Below are positions 53,001 to 63,681 of a DNA stretch of 64,000 nt, in pieces (position 1 is the first letter of the stretch; every line of letters begins with the position of its first letter). Origin of the DNA: Antedon mediterranea (Eukaryota > Animalia > Echinodermata). Both the position numbers and the translations under genes were made by a program. The notes beneath the pieces are model-generated. The model was not told the origin of the DNA and did not search any database. It saw nothing but the letters and a program-made list of their open reading frames with translations. The DNA lies in assembly GCF_964355755.1 (NCBI RefSeq), contig NC_092678.1, positions 15,233,881-15,297,880 of the forward strand. Direction: 5' to 3'.

Positions 53001-56000
53001 AATACTATTTTTATAGATTTAATATATGTTTATACAAATGTATTGATTTGCGATGAATGGAACATTCCAATCTCTGTTTCACAAGTGTCTATTCCCTCAG
53101 GCGTCGTAAAGGCAAGTACTGTATACTCATAACAGAAATTTGATCCATTTTTTTTTTCAATCTGTGCTGCAGAGGTTGGATATAATTTTTTTTTTAAACG
53201 GATAATGAGCTAGCGTTTTCACTCGCCGTATATTATGTACAAATCTTTATTATTGCAGTTAAACCACCCACATCATCACCCTTCCCTCACTGGCATTAGT
53301 AGCGTTGTGAAACCAGTAGAGGTTAGGCCTACGGTACATCACATGCCTTAAACGTAGAACATCTTTGGTGGGTAGAGTAGGAACCAACTTAAGTATGAAT
53401 TGGCTCTAAGAAACAATTGAAAACCATATAGGCCTACTAATTAAGTTGAGTTATAATAAAGATAAATTAATATTTATTGACGATTAAATCGAATTTATGA
53501 TTTTCCCCGAATAGAGGTGGTTTTCACAGATTGTTTTACATTATACAAACATATACACGTCGTAGTGATGTATCGTTACATGTACTGTACTATTTCAATC
53601 GACTAGGACGGTGATAGTTAAAACAAAGTATTACATTGCAATGTTTTACTGTGTTTAGTGGTATATTATTTGTAAAACATGAAAACAATAATAATAATAA
53701 TAATAACTGGTACTTGATATAGCGCATTATGCTGAAAATTTAGAAAATTACAAATTAAAAAGGTGGGTTTTGAGGAGAGATTTGCAGACACTGGTGGAAG
53801 TAGCCTGACGAATTTCAATAGGCAACGCATTCCATAGAGAAACGGATGCCGAAGAAAATGAACGATTTCCATAAAACGTGGAAGGATGAAATATATGGGC
53901 AAGAAGAGACTCAGATCTAGATCTCAGAGACCGCTTAGGAACATAAGGTTGAATAAGTTCAATTAATATTTCGTTACTAAATGGATAAAGAATATATTAA
54001 AAAAAATTTTGTTTTTGCACCCATCCTCTTCCCCATCCCTCAACCCTAATGTTACATACAAAACACAAATTAAGTTTGTTTAAATTTGACTTAAACAATT
54101 GGTCTCATTTTGTGACAAGTTTCTCTTTCGGAAGTAATTCCTAGGGTGCTAAGTTTTATGGAAATCGTTCATTTTCTTCGGCATCCGTTTCTCTATGGAA
54201 TGCGTAATTTATATGATTACACCTATAACGTACTTATGATCTGAGCCGCAAACATATCTTATCCACTTTATTTTATATCATATTACAATTGATTGAGTTA
54301 GCCTATTTAGAATTACTTGCTGCAATAATTATTTAGTAGTAATTAAACAAGATCCTACTATTATTGTTAGATTGGTATATTTTGCAATGAAATTATTAAT
54401 TGATCTATGTTTTATGTAGACATAGTATTATAATATTGAATTTAGAATCATGACAGAAAGCAATGTTGACATAAACCTGTATGTATAAACTACACGATTA
54501 TGATTTCTTTTATCAGTAACATTGCAAAAATAAGGGAATGCACGGATAATATTGATATAATTCATTCTACGTTCACAGCAAAACCTTTTATTTCAATTTC
54601 TTTGTGTAATATTTATCATTACCTAACTATAATCATTTGCTGCAATACACTGTATATGTATAAACTTCATGATTATAATTTCTCTATAGAACGGAAACAC
54701 TCCGTTGCATGAATACATGCGTTCAAATAAACCTACCTTAGAAGTAATAGAGTATGTCATGAAGCAAGGTGCATCCGTAACAGCACTAAATAAGGTAATA
54801 TGGGCTAGAGATAATGTATATGATTACACCTATAACGTACTTATGATCTACACCACAAATATATTTTTGCATCATGTTTAGTCGCGTGGACGCGACTCTA
54901 TGCCTATAGTTCACTATGTCGGTCGGTCGGTCGGTCTGTCTGTCTGTCTGTCTGTCGGTCCCGTATCACTATGGGTTTTATCGCTTTTCTGAACTTTTTG
55001 AACTGTTTTGATGTAAAGAAAAGTTTTAAAGTATATTACTTTTTATATTTACTTTTTTTTATCCACTCAGTAACGAAATATTTTTTTAATGTTTTATAGG
55101 CCTATAAATAATATACCTCTAAATACAGTAAAACATTTGCGATTTAATACTTTGTTTATTTTATTTATTTATTTATTATTTTATTTTTTTTAAATATTCA
55201 TTGTACTCTAATTTTCTCCGAGAGATTCCTAATTATATTAGAGAACATTCTTTATTTAGTTTAGTTAAAACTGTCACTGTCATAATCGATTGAAATATTA
55301 AAGTACATGTCACGATACACCACTACGACGTTTATATTTTTGGTAATTATTAATTAATACAAACGTTGAGAAAGAACTGTCAGTATAAAGTGTATTTTGT
55401 ATATAATAATGTGTTTATATAATTATCTAACAGTAGAGCCTATCCACAATCTCAGTAATAAAGTTTAATTGTATATATTTTTATATTACATCTAACAGTA
55501 CGAACATTCACAGTAAGAAATGTTCCATTCAAATGAGGACCAAAAATAGTTAATAGTATTTACAGTATTGTCAAAGTATTGCAAGTTTATTCTCAAAGGG
55601 CCCATATATTTACCTACCGTATGTGTTAAACCAAGGGCTCATAAATTTACCTACTTGTGTTAAACCAAACTCTGGCAGACTGAGAGATTGGGATGTTCCA
55701 TTCATCGCAAATCAATACATTTGTACAATCGTATATTAAATCTATCAAAATAGTATTTTTTTAAGAAAATCGGCCTGTCTTCAACATTATGATGGTGTAC
55801 TCTAGCTGTTCAACCGGTTTTCAGCTATTAAAAACAATTATCGTAGGAGGAGGTCAAAGGTCAAATGTAAAAAAAGTCAGTGACCCCAACAAGTAACTCG
55901 TATATATACAGGCCTTGCGTCATGAGACAGTGAATTACTCCCGTATGGGATACAAGCCACGTTTTCAAAGGGTTAAGTGTCTATTAATTCTAAAAAGCAG

Positions 56001-59000
56001 CAATTTTAAATACACATTTGCAGAGTCATCGCAAATAATATTAGTGCTCACTGTAAAATGAATGTTTGAAAATCTTTGCAGTCAAAACATTTTAAATCAC
56101 GTTAATATAATTAATATACCGTACATCTGTACATTATCTTTGTTTTGTTTTGTTTGTGTAAAAATATTAAAATAATAGACGTTTATTGTGTTATTGATTA
56201 ATATTATGTCAGTTATTTTCCGTCCTCATGTCTGGTATAGGAAAATATTACTGCATTTCATGGTCGTCTGGTAAATTGTAGTGTTTTGTAAAAGCTTCTA
56301 AAGTATGTTATCATTTCCGTCTGGTTAACAGCGACTTAGTTGAATCTGGTTGAATATTCTTGCAGTCTCCCGTTGTTCTCAGTTAAATGTCTTGATTTGT
56401 GGTGGTAAGAATGTTTCGTAGTTTGTCTTTAAGATGAATAGTATATGTTTTCTGGTGGCAAAATTAAAAAGAAGTAAATATGATTCAAACTTCATCCTTA
56501 TTGTTTGTACCTCCTTATATACAATAGCTTACATTCTTTGCAAATAAATTATATAAAACAAACAATTAAAAATCAACCAAAAAAATAACAAAACACAATG
56601 TAAGCATAATGTACTTTACAATATTTCATATAATACACCTACCGGGAGCTAATGAAATTACCAGCCAGATAGGCCTATCATATCGAAGAGTCGCTTATAT
56701 TCGGGAAACTTTGATTTTTCAATCTGGACCGCAAATTCAGTTCACAACGTTACCGGTTCCCATTTCCTTATAAATGATCAAACTATCAAGTTATACAAAC
56801 ATTTTCAGAATTACTTACTGCATTTTACCAAGCCTAATAATGGATTATGGGTATTCATTTGTTTCAGTTGTTACATTATTTAGTGAGGGCGTGTGGCGCT
56901 GTTTGTTGGACGATCGACTACTGATCGTTAGACCGAGGTTCGAATCCAACTCTCGCCGCATTGCTTGTATCCTTAGGCAAGATACTTTACTTACGTTTGC
57001 CTCTCTCCACCCAGGTGTATAATTGGGAACTGATTACTATCTGCATCTATGAGAGTATGTTTCCATAGGTGTTTGATCAGGAAATGAATGGGGTTATAAT
57101 GTTCAGCGCATTGATAGCTTGCTTATGCGCTATATAAGAATGAACTATTATTATATAACAGTATTTCATTATTTATTCGGTCAATTTCAATATAAATACA
57201 TACAAAAAAAGGTAAACCAAAGTGAACTTAGTCACTGTAGCGGAGCCGGTTGACCCAATCCCAAAGTTATTTATTAAAGTTATAAATATAAGACTCATTT
57301 TATTTTTCTAAATCTCTAAAAACTCCACAGCCAAAACATCTGCCGCGGCGTTCTCTTGGTTTTGTTCTTTAAATAGAGTTCCAATTGCTTACTTATAACA
57401 CTAACCAGAATACCGATATAATGCCATATAATATTTTTTTAGAATTGTAATAAAAAAAACATAATTTCATCCAGGTACCGGTATTACAAATAATATCAAT
57501 GTCAAACAATCAGAAAATACATCAATACATTAAAAAGATGGTTTCATTGAGCTCGGTGAATGTTTTAATCCCATTTACAGTACGTACATCATAGATGCAC
57601 ATAATCATAACTATTGACGTTATATGGTGTGAGTCATAATGAATGTTCAAATCGAGAAGCCCCTAATTATAATGAAGTTACAAATAAAATAGGCAAATGA
57701 TAGCTAAATCAAAACGATAAAGTAAAACAACCAGAAAAAATTTGCGAAGTACAAGTGAGAGTAATTGGAGAGAAGTAAGAATATACTGTAAGTTAAGCAT
57801 GAGCTGCCTGAGTGGATTGGAATAAAGTAATAGTATAGAAAACAATTACGATAGCTTGGTATAATATAAACAGTAATATCATTAATGGATGCAATCGTGT
57901 AATAAAAGTAAAATATTTATTACCAACGGATTAACTTGAGCTTTCTTAATTTCCTGTTCAATATTTACATTTATAACTATCATTGTTTAGGTTATTGCTA
58001 TAAAAATGTTATATTATTCATATTTACTAATTTCAATTCCATATTATAGGCTTCTAGAATTGGCACTGAGTGTGGAATTTCCGAAGAAGCGATCATCGTT
58101 GCCATAACGTATATGAATGACATTGGAAAGATTATGTATTCCAATAAAGACGAGAAATTAAGGAACACAGTAATAACTAATCTTCACACGATGATTCAGA
58201 TGCTGACAACTGTGATCACAGTATTTCCACCAGCTATTAAAGAGGTATGTTAGACAATTATATTAATACTAGAAATGCGATTAGATTAATTATGAACAGA
58301 AATATCCTCAAATAAAAATGTTAAGCGGGGGATCCAGTCTACTTAAAGATAGAGGGAGAGTGGTTTCAATCCGTGCCGAACAATAGCCTGTTTTGATCCA
58401 TTGTAAAAGAGGGCAATTCTGTCAATTAATTTATTATGGTAAATTTTACAAATGAACATTTAGCGTGCGAATCTGTTCTATCATTTGTATCTGAAACATA
58501 TGGCATGAAAGTAGAAAAGTGAAACTATCTAGGCTACACTATATTGGTCTTTTGTACAATCCCGGTCTTTCGTTAAAAATTAATGAAGTGATCAGTATTA
58601 CTGCGATTTGAAGTGAAAATGCTCTTTAAAATTGTTACTTTTATTTGAATACAGATGGAAATGAAAAGGCGATGGAAAAGACTTAAAGATGAAGGTATTC
58701 TTGAGGAAAAGGTGTTGCGTTATTTATGGCAAAATCAAGACGAAGGTAATTTTGAAATCTTTGTAGAAGTGATGAGGGTGTTCCGGTTACTTTTTGAGAA
58801 AAAAACGGTATGTACGAAGCTTATTTATTACATTAATTATTGATTAAATCATTTAAAAATTCTGGCTTAAACACTCTGAAATATTTTATCCTTTTATCAA
58901 ACACTGTTTATAATAACAGAAAGAAGAAGGTAACCGTGAATTCTTGGTGCCATGTCGGATGACAGTTGATAATGAGACTAGCCTACAAGTGACAAAAGAT

Positions 59001-59241
59001 GACAGGCAAAGGGTATCAATTTATCTTACCCCGACAGACTTTCTTCCTGATGCGGTGTACCACACTTTGGTTGTTGCATTTCTTGAATTGGTGACTGAAA
59101 CTGGTAGTGTTGATCAAAATGTGTTCCGGAATCGTAGTGATTTTGAATTTAAAGATCACACAGTCAGTCTAGGTGCCGTAGAAATAAATCGTAAAAAGGA
59201 AAAGCCACATGCATTAAAGGTATGAAAGTATTTACTATGTT

Positions 59242-59277
<36 letters not shown>

Positions 59278-62200
59278 TTTATTTTTATTTATTTATTTAT
59301 TTATTTCATACTCATCCAACAGCGAGTAACCCGCCAATTACAGGATGGATAAACTATTTAAAATTTCACAAGACAAACATATACACAAGATGCGCTACAT
59401 AAACAAAGACTTATTATTAAGTCTTTGGGAGTGGAGTTGTAAATTGTCATCCTTTACGTTTCCTGATACTACCTCCACCAGGTTTTCACCCCTGTATGTG
59501 TGTGTTTGAAATGCGTAGAGACCACAGTTGTATCCGAATGTCACCTTTGACACAATGATCTATGACCCAACAACTCGGTTCGGTATTGACGGGGTAGAAT
59601 CAAAGATAAAGGTCACAATACATGCTTTCACCGGCAGCTCTAAAACACATTTTATAATAATGTACAGTATTAAAAAAAGTCCAATTTAATATCCATATCT
59701 AAACTCCAGTAAATACAAATTATCAAACAATGTATAAACATTTAGTAAAACCATTATTAAAAAAAGAACACCTTAATTAACTACTGGAAATGGGTATTCT
59801 GTTTTACAAATCTAACTAATTTGAAATTGAAACTCCTATAGCTTGAAATATATCGTCGGACAATCGATCGATATAACACAGAAACTGATGGAACCAAACC
59901 AAAGGTAATATCTGAACGACGACAACTGAAACCCGATGTCTGCTTTGAGGTATTCAATATAATGATATAACACTGTAAAATAAATTTACTTTTCACATTA
60001 TACTGTACCTGTAATAATATATTTAAATAAATACAATATGGCACTTCCCTGTTGTAGGTACTAAACTACTTAAAGGACCAACTTGAAACTGTCTGCAACA
60101 TATACGAGGGCAGTGGTTACAATCTACGTGTGGTATGCGATGCATGTAATCCAAAGAATCATCACTTAGTTGATCTTGAAAAGTGTTTGAGGAATGATTC
60201 GGTTCCATGTGGACGTCATTCTGCAATGAGTACTGCTCATATCAAACGCCTTTTTTTGAAAGGTAAGTTGTTTCTTCTTCTTCAAGCTTATCAGTGTTAT
60301 TTCATCGTATTTAAATGTTCATCAACATTAATAATTATTATAAAAAAACAAACACATTATTCTACGAAACAATACTCTTTTTAGATTTGATTCCATACCG
60401 TATCCAACCAAGTCCTAACAGAAACGTTAGGAAACATTGCAGATTTACCAGTATTAGCATTGTGTATTCAATTTGTATCTAGTTTGTGATTTTTAGTCGC
60501 GTGGAAGCGACTCTATAGTTCACTATGTCGGTCGGTTGGTCGGTCTGTCGGTCTGTCGGTCTGTCTGTTGGTCCGGTATCACTATGCGTTTTATCGCTTT
60601 CTGACCTTATCTTGATATCAGTTTAATCTAGCTAGCTAAGTCAATTTGTCACAGTATATTCCTTATGGCCAGGAATCGATGTGGTTATGTTTTCACGGTG
60701 CGCAATCAAAAATTACGCGGTCTACACACGATTTAACGAAATCACGTTTGTAATCATATCTTCACAACCATGAATCACAATTAAATAAAATTTGGTAGTC
60801 ATAAATTTCAGGGCATAAATTATCATATGGCAATACAATTACGTGCGTAGCGCATGTAACGCATGCGTACGCGCGCTTAAAATTTTCAAAATTTATTTTC
60901 GATGAAATAAGAGTACGTTTCAGGCAATTTTAAGCGTTTACAAAATTGCCATGAGTGCGCATATTTTTGCGCGCACTGCACGTTAAATGTTATTGCGCAC
61001 TCTTTTTGCCCGATTTCTTTTTTCTTGACTTACTTTTCAACTCGAAATTACGTTATACGAGCACGTCAAAAGTGACAGGCTACGCACGTGTAAATTAAAA
61101 AAATATAATTGTTTTAAAACATTTCAACATTTTTAAACATGTTCAGTAATTTCGGTCAGTTGGTAGGTTGGTCGGTCGGTCGGTCGGTAAACACTAAGCA
61201 CGCGACTGCAGCCATCTGTATGGCCTTGTTTTAAATCGTTTAAGTTAATTAATAATACAAACGATATATGATTTTTGTAATTGGTTTGATGGATATACTG
61301 AAACTTGTATAGATATTGTATTACTGTTTCGTTTTATATTCTTGTATTGATAATATTTAAGTGTGTATCAAGTTGTTTTGTTATGTAATGCAATTGTTCT
61401 TATACTTTATGCATTCAATAATCCACTAACATTAAACAACTTTTTTTAAGAATCGGAGCCAGAAGCAGATCAGGCGAAGCAGCTAGTTCCCGAGACAAAG
61501 CCAAAGTCAACGCTAAGCTTGGTACCTAGGGAAAATGAAGAACATGAGCCAGTGCTAGAGGTAGTACAAGTACGTGTCATCACCAGGACGTCAAGGTAAC
61601 TATAATAGTAATTGTTATGACTAGCAGAAATTATACATACACTTTTGAAAGCACACCTTATTGGTGTAATATAGGCATAATGTGTGAGGATTCTAATCGC
61701 TTGGTTGATTGAAATATCACAGTTGTCTATTCAGTAATACGATATGGCTGTAGATGTGCTTCTGAGGAAGTGTCGTGTCTGAGCTCTTCTGAAACTTGGG
61801 CCATATCGGCTTCTGTTCATTAGCATTACTTAATCTCTGCGCTTAACTATTGGTTCTAAGTTTATCCAGGTACTTTTGGAGGGAGTGATCGATGGTATCT
61901 GGGGGTTACAATGACGAATTTGCCCTGTGAAATGCTTAAAAAGAGACGATCTCTATTAGTTTTACAATAGCAAAGTTCATCAGATAAACTTGTTTCTTTG
62001 GGAAACTAATTAAGTCTACAATGATCATTAAAATATCTGGTCAATTTCTTCACTGGACGAGAAAACATAATGTCTATGTTTTTTCTTAAAACAAATGACA
62101 ATAAATGATACTTGACTTGACACTGCCAGCAGGCAAAGAGAGGAGATTTTAAAACTTAAAATGATATACTGTTTACAACTTTACAATCTCAAACTATTGG

Positions 62201-63681
62201 CACTGGCTAAGAGATGGAAGAAAGCCCAAACAGACAAACCAAAGAATGAAGAAGAAGATGAAGACGACCAATGAATCATCAAACATATCATAATGTTCAC
62301 AAATAAATGCGAATTAATATACACCAAAATAAAATACTTTGTTTATGAATCAGAGTCAGAAGCTAACGAGGCGAATCAGCTAGTGCCAGTTACAGAGACA
62401 AAGGCAGAATCAGAGCCAGGCTCAGTACCTCGGACATACATTAATGTAGCCATTTTGTTTTATTTGGAGTACTATGTACCATTATAATGATGAAAGCAGA
62501 AATATTTGTAAATGGATGTTTATGATTTTGTTATGGCAGTAAGCCAAACTATATTTCTTTTGATAACTGAGATAACAATTCAAATTGAATTTCTGATAAT
62601 AAGAAGGTACAATTATTACATATAAAACTTTGTTTTTGCAGAAAACCAAAAAGTAAATAAAATGACAGACTTGAATGAGCATTTCAAAGACTTAAAAGCT
62701 AATCTTAGTAAACATTATGCTGGTGATCACTATCGTTTGGTAAAACTATGCTTATACGATCACTTGCCCTTGGGAGACTTTGAAGGGCGTGGCTTAACAG
62801 CACACAATTTGTTTAATAAACTCCAGGCAAAAGGTTATATCGAACCTTCTAATGTCAAGTTACTCATGGAGATCGCAAAACTGACAGAATTTAAGGTTGC
62901 TGAAATTCTTGTACTAGAGTATGTTAAGGATAACAATATTAAACAAACTCAAATTAATATAAAACCAATGTCGCCATATCGAAAACGGTTGTTTGATGCT
63001 TTACAACAAGTTGAAGGAGACAGTTTATCAAATGTTATTGCTTACTACAACCTTGAACATTTTGGATTAAAAAATATCTGGGATGTAGTTTTCAAATTAG
63101 AGAGTAACGAAGAATTGAAAGATGAACCAGGCAAAATAGAGAAATTTGCAAGTCTTCTTAATGAACGTGCTAAGAAGCTACTACTTGATAGAGGTAATAT
63201 AATTAATATATTCGTTCACTTACAAGTACCAATCATTTTCAATAATTGGGATAAACATTATGCTAAAATGTGTATTCTAGTACAATTTCAACAAGTCTTT
63301 TTTACCAGCGAAGCTCGTTTGATAAGGCGCTGACATTAGTATTATTTAGTCAAGTTAGGATACCTAAAATTGTGGTTTCAGATCATTATGATAATCATAA
63401 TGTAACACAAAGAATCTGGAATTTATAATTTGTTTGGAAATATGAGGCATCCAGTTCAAATCAAAGTATATCATATTTATTATGGTTTTGGTTATGGATT
63501 AAGTGAATATTAATTAAAAGTTTCAACTATCTTAGCCTAATTATTCACTGTCACACAGAACAAGAACAATTGTGATACGTATGTTGTTTACAACATTGCG
63601 TACAAATAATGAACACAATTTGATCACTTTTAGGAAATTGCGACGAAAGCGAAGGCGCACCACTGAGTCGCCCAAGTGAAG
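38100..63681 (+). CDS. Gene B: ankyrin-repeat / COR protein lacking Roc, possibly continuing into a tandem DED-like module; may be a pseudogene
   Basis: Exons 38100-38169 (ATG 38162), 38308-38395, 46237-46341, 46943-47047, 48043-48147, 52510-52602, 54690-54794, 58050-58244, 58655-58807, 58920-59219, 59842-59949 and 60058-60262 join in frame; 3' connectivity (61451-61595, 62642-63193, 63634-63681) is ambiguous. Confidence 0.65.
38162..38395 (+). CDS. Gene B putative first coding exons (38162-38169, 38308-38395): MSRLENAFQVNDLQQIKEICKRKPDILETKHR, ankyrin N-cap-like
   Basis: Strong gtgagt and gtaag donors; phases 2 then 0 fit the first ankyrin exon. Confidence 0.55.
38706..39792 (+). pseudogene. 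gag: DIRS gag-like ORF, frameshifted
   Basis: DSVALLGFVNKELSYKRRD.LRP...LFG.DL...RRPF, typical of DIRS ORF1. Confidence 0.7.
39617..39715 (+). mobile_element. Minimal Helentron/DINE-1-like element inserted in DIRS gag
   Basis: tttt-agtcgcg..acgcgact, GTCG repeats, 3' cacgcgact, ggc..gcc, tttt; removing it restores RRPFLPQRG. Confidence 0.8.
41203..43373. mobile_element. Non-autonomous TIR element inserted in DIRS RNase H, 3-bp TSD TAA
   Basis: CAGT...ACTG ends, imperfect subterminal IR aaatcgtgt.aaa..tcgact; removing it restores HIPGVLNVTAD. Confidence 0.8.
43603..43804 (+). mobile_element. 202-bp solo LTR inserted in the DIRS methyltransferase region
   Basis: TGT...ACA ends, TATA-like tatata and AATAAA inside; removing it restores FYCFPPF; TSD imperfect. 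Confidence 0.7.
44142..44973 (+). pseudogene. DIRS tyrosine recombinase, disrupted
   Basis: YSSINTARS, RFMKGIF, LLSGQRCQT, HSTRSAS, AGW...TFQKYY. Confidence 0.9.
46237..46341 (+). CDS. Ankyrin repeat exon 1 (FGYTPLHNYLLCANPTTEIVDYLIQHGASATSQTL)
   Basis: GxTPLH...IV.YLI.HGA motif; 105 nt, phase 0-0. Confidence 0.88.
46943..47047 (+). CDS. Ankyrin repeat exon 2 (SGYTPLHLYLLCANTTTDIVDCLIQHGAEVTSQDK)
   Basis: 105 nt, phase 0-0. Confidence 0.88.
47352..47448 (+). pseudogene. Defective ankyrin exon (8 nt short, TAG in the ankyrin frame)
   Basis: YGYTTLHRYLRYS then a frameshift; 97 nt. Confidence 0.8.
48043..48147 (+). CDS. Ankyrin repeat exon 3 (SGYTPLHVYLRCANPTTEIVDYLIQHGAPVTSKNK)
   Basis: 105 nt, phase 0-0. 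Confidence 0.88.
48593..48689 (+). pseudogene. Second copy of the defective ankyrin exon
   Basis: Same deletion and same TAG as 47352-47448. Confidence 0.8.
50524..50835 (+). mobile_element. tRNA-derived SINE (family 1)
   Basis: A box, B box GGTTCGAGGC, same core as 14380-14705, (TAAAAA)n tail. Confidence 0.8.
50966..51280. mobile_element. TTAA-flanked MITE (aagatatattgtccccc ... ggcaatacatctttaa)
   Basis: Imperfect TIRs; left-end fragments also at about 28877, 30850 and 37121. Confidence 0.55.
52510..52602 (+). CDS. Ankyrin repeat exon 4, with an in-frame 12-nt deletion (NGNTALYEYMRSNEPKLEVVNYRTKQGALNK)
   Basis: Paralog of 54690-54794; 93 nt, phase 0-0; degenerate consensus. Confidence 0.7.
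53685..53960 (-). mobile_element. 3' fragment of an L2/CR1-group LINE
   Basis: Minus strand YGNRSFS...LWNALPIEIR...KSLLKTHLF, then gcgctatat and a (TTA)n tail. Confidence 0.75.
54690..54794 (+). CDS. Ankyrin repeat exon 5 (NGNTPLHEYMRSNKPTLEVIEYVMKQGASVTALNK)
   Basis: 105 nt, phase 0-0. Confidence 0.88.
54877..54995 (+). mobile_element. Helentron/DINE-1-like element, 5' part
   Basis: agtcgcgtggacgcgact hairpin plus (GTCG/GTCT)n. Confidence 0.75.
56884..57156 (+). mobile_element. tRNA-derived CORE-like SINE
   Basis: B box GGTTCGAATCC; core tgtatccttaggcaagatacttta..gcctctctccacccaggtgtataattggg; tail gcgctatataag..tattattat. Confidence 0.82.
58050..60262 (+). CDS. Gene B COR exons (58050-58244, 58655-58807, 58920-59219, 59842-59949, 60058-60262)
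   Basis: Paralogous to gene A 17823-19321 (first exon 56/65 aa identical by my count); all open, splice sites intact. Confidence 0.9.
60490..61232 (+). mobile_element. Full Helentron/DINE-1-like non-autonomous element
   Basis: 5' agtcgcgtg subTIR plus inverted repeat, GTCY microsatellite, 3' cacgcgact subTIR, gccat..atggc stem-loop, T-rich flanks. Confidence 0.8.
61451..61595 (+). CDS. Gene B putative linker exon (ESEPEADQAKQLVPETKPK...)
   Basis: ttttaag acceptor, phase 1 in; best donor ag|gtaact is phase 2; a degenerate paralog lies at about 62348-62432. Confidence 0.55.
62642..63193 (+). CDS. Tandem DED-like exon (ATG at 62662): C-terminal module of gene B or first coding exon of a third gene
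   Basis: F..LK..LS..Y...LK..LYD...LFNKLQAKGYIEPSNVKLL.EI and SPYRKRLF.AL...IWDVVFKLE; tttttgcag acceptor, g|gtaat donor (phase 1). Confidence 0.75.
63634..63681 (+). CDS. Short linker exon after the DED-like exon (GNCDESEGAPLSRPSE)
   Basis: ttttag / g|gtaaat, phase 1-1, GC-rich island in AT-rich DNA. Confidence 0.6.

Noticed and set aside
63194-63333. C-terminal extension of ORF 62662-63333
   Set aside because: Reads through a good donor at 63194 into intron-like sequence; a phase-compatible exon follows at 63634.
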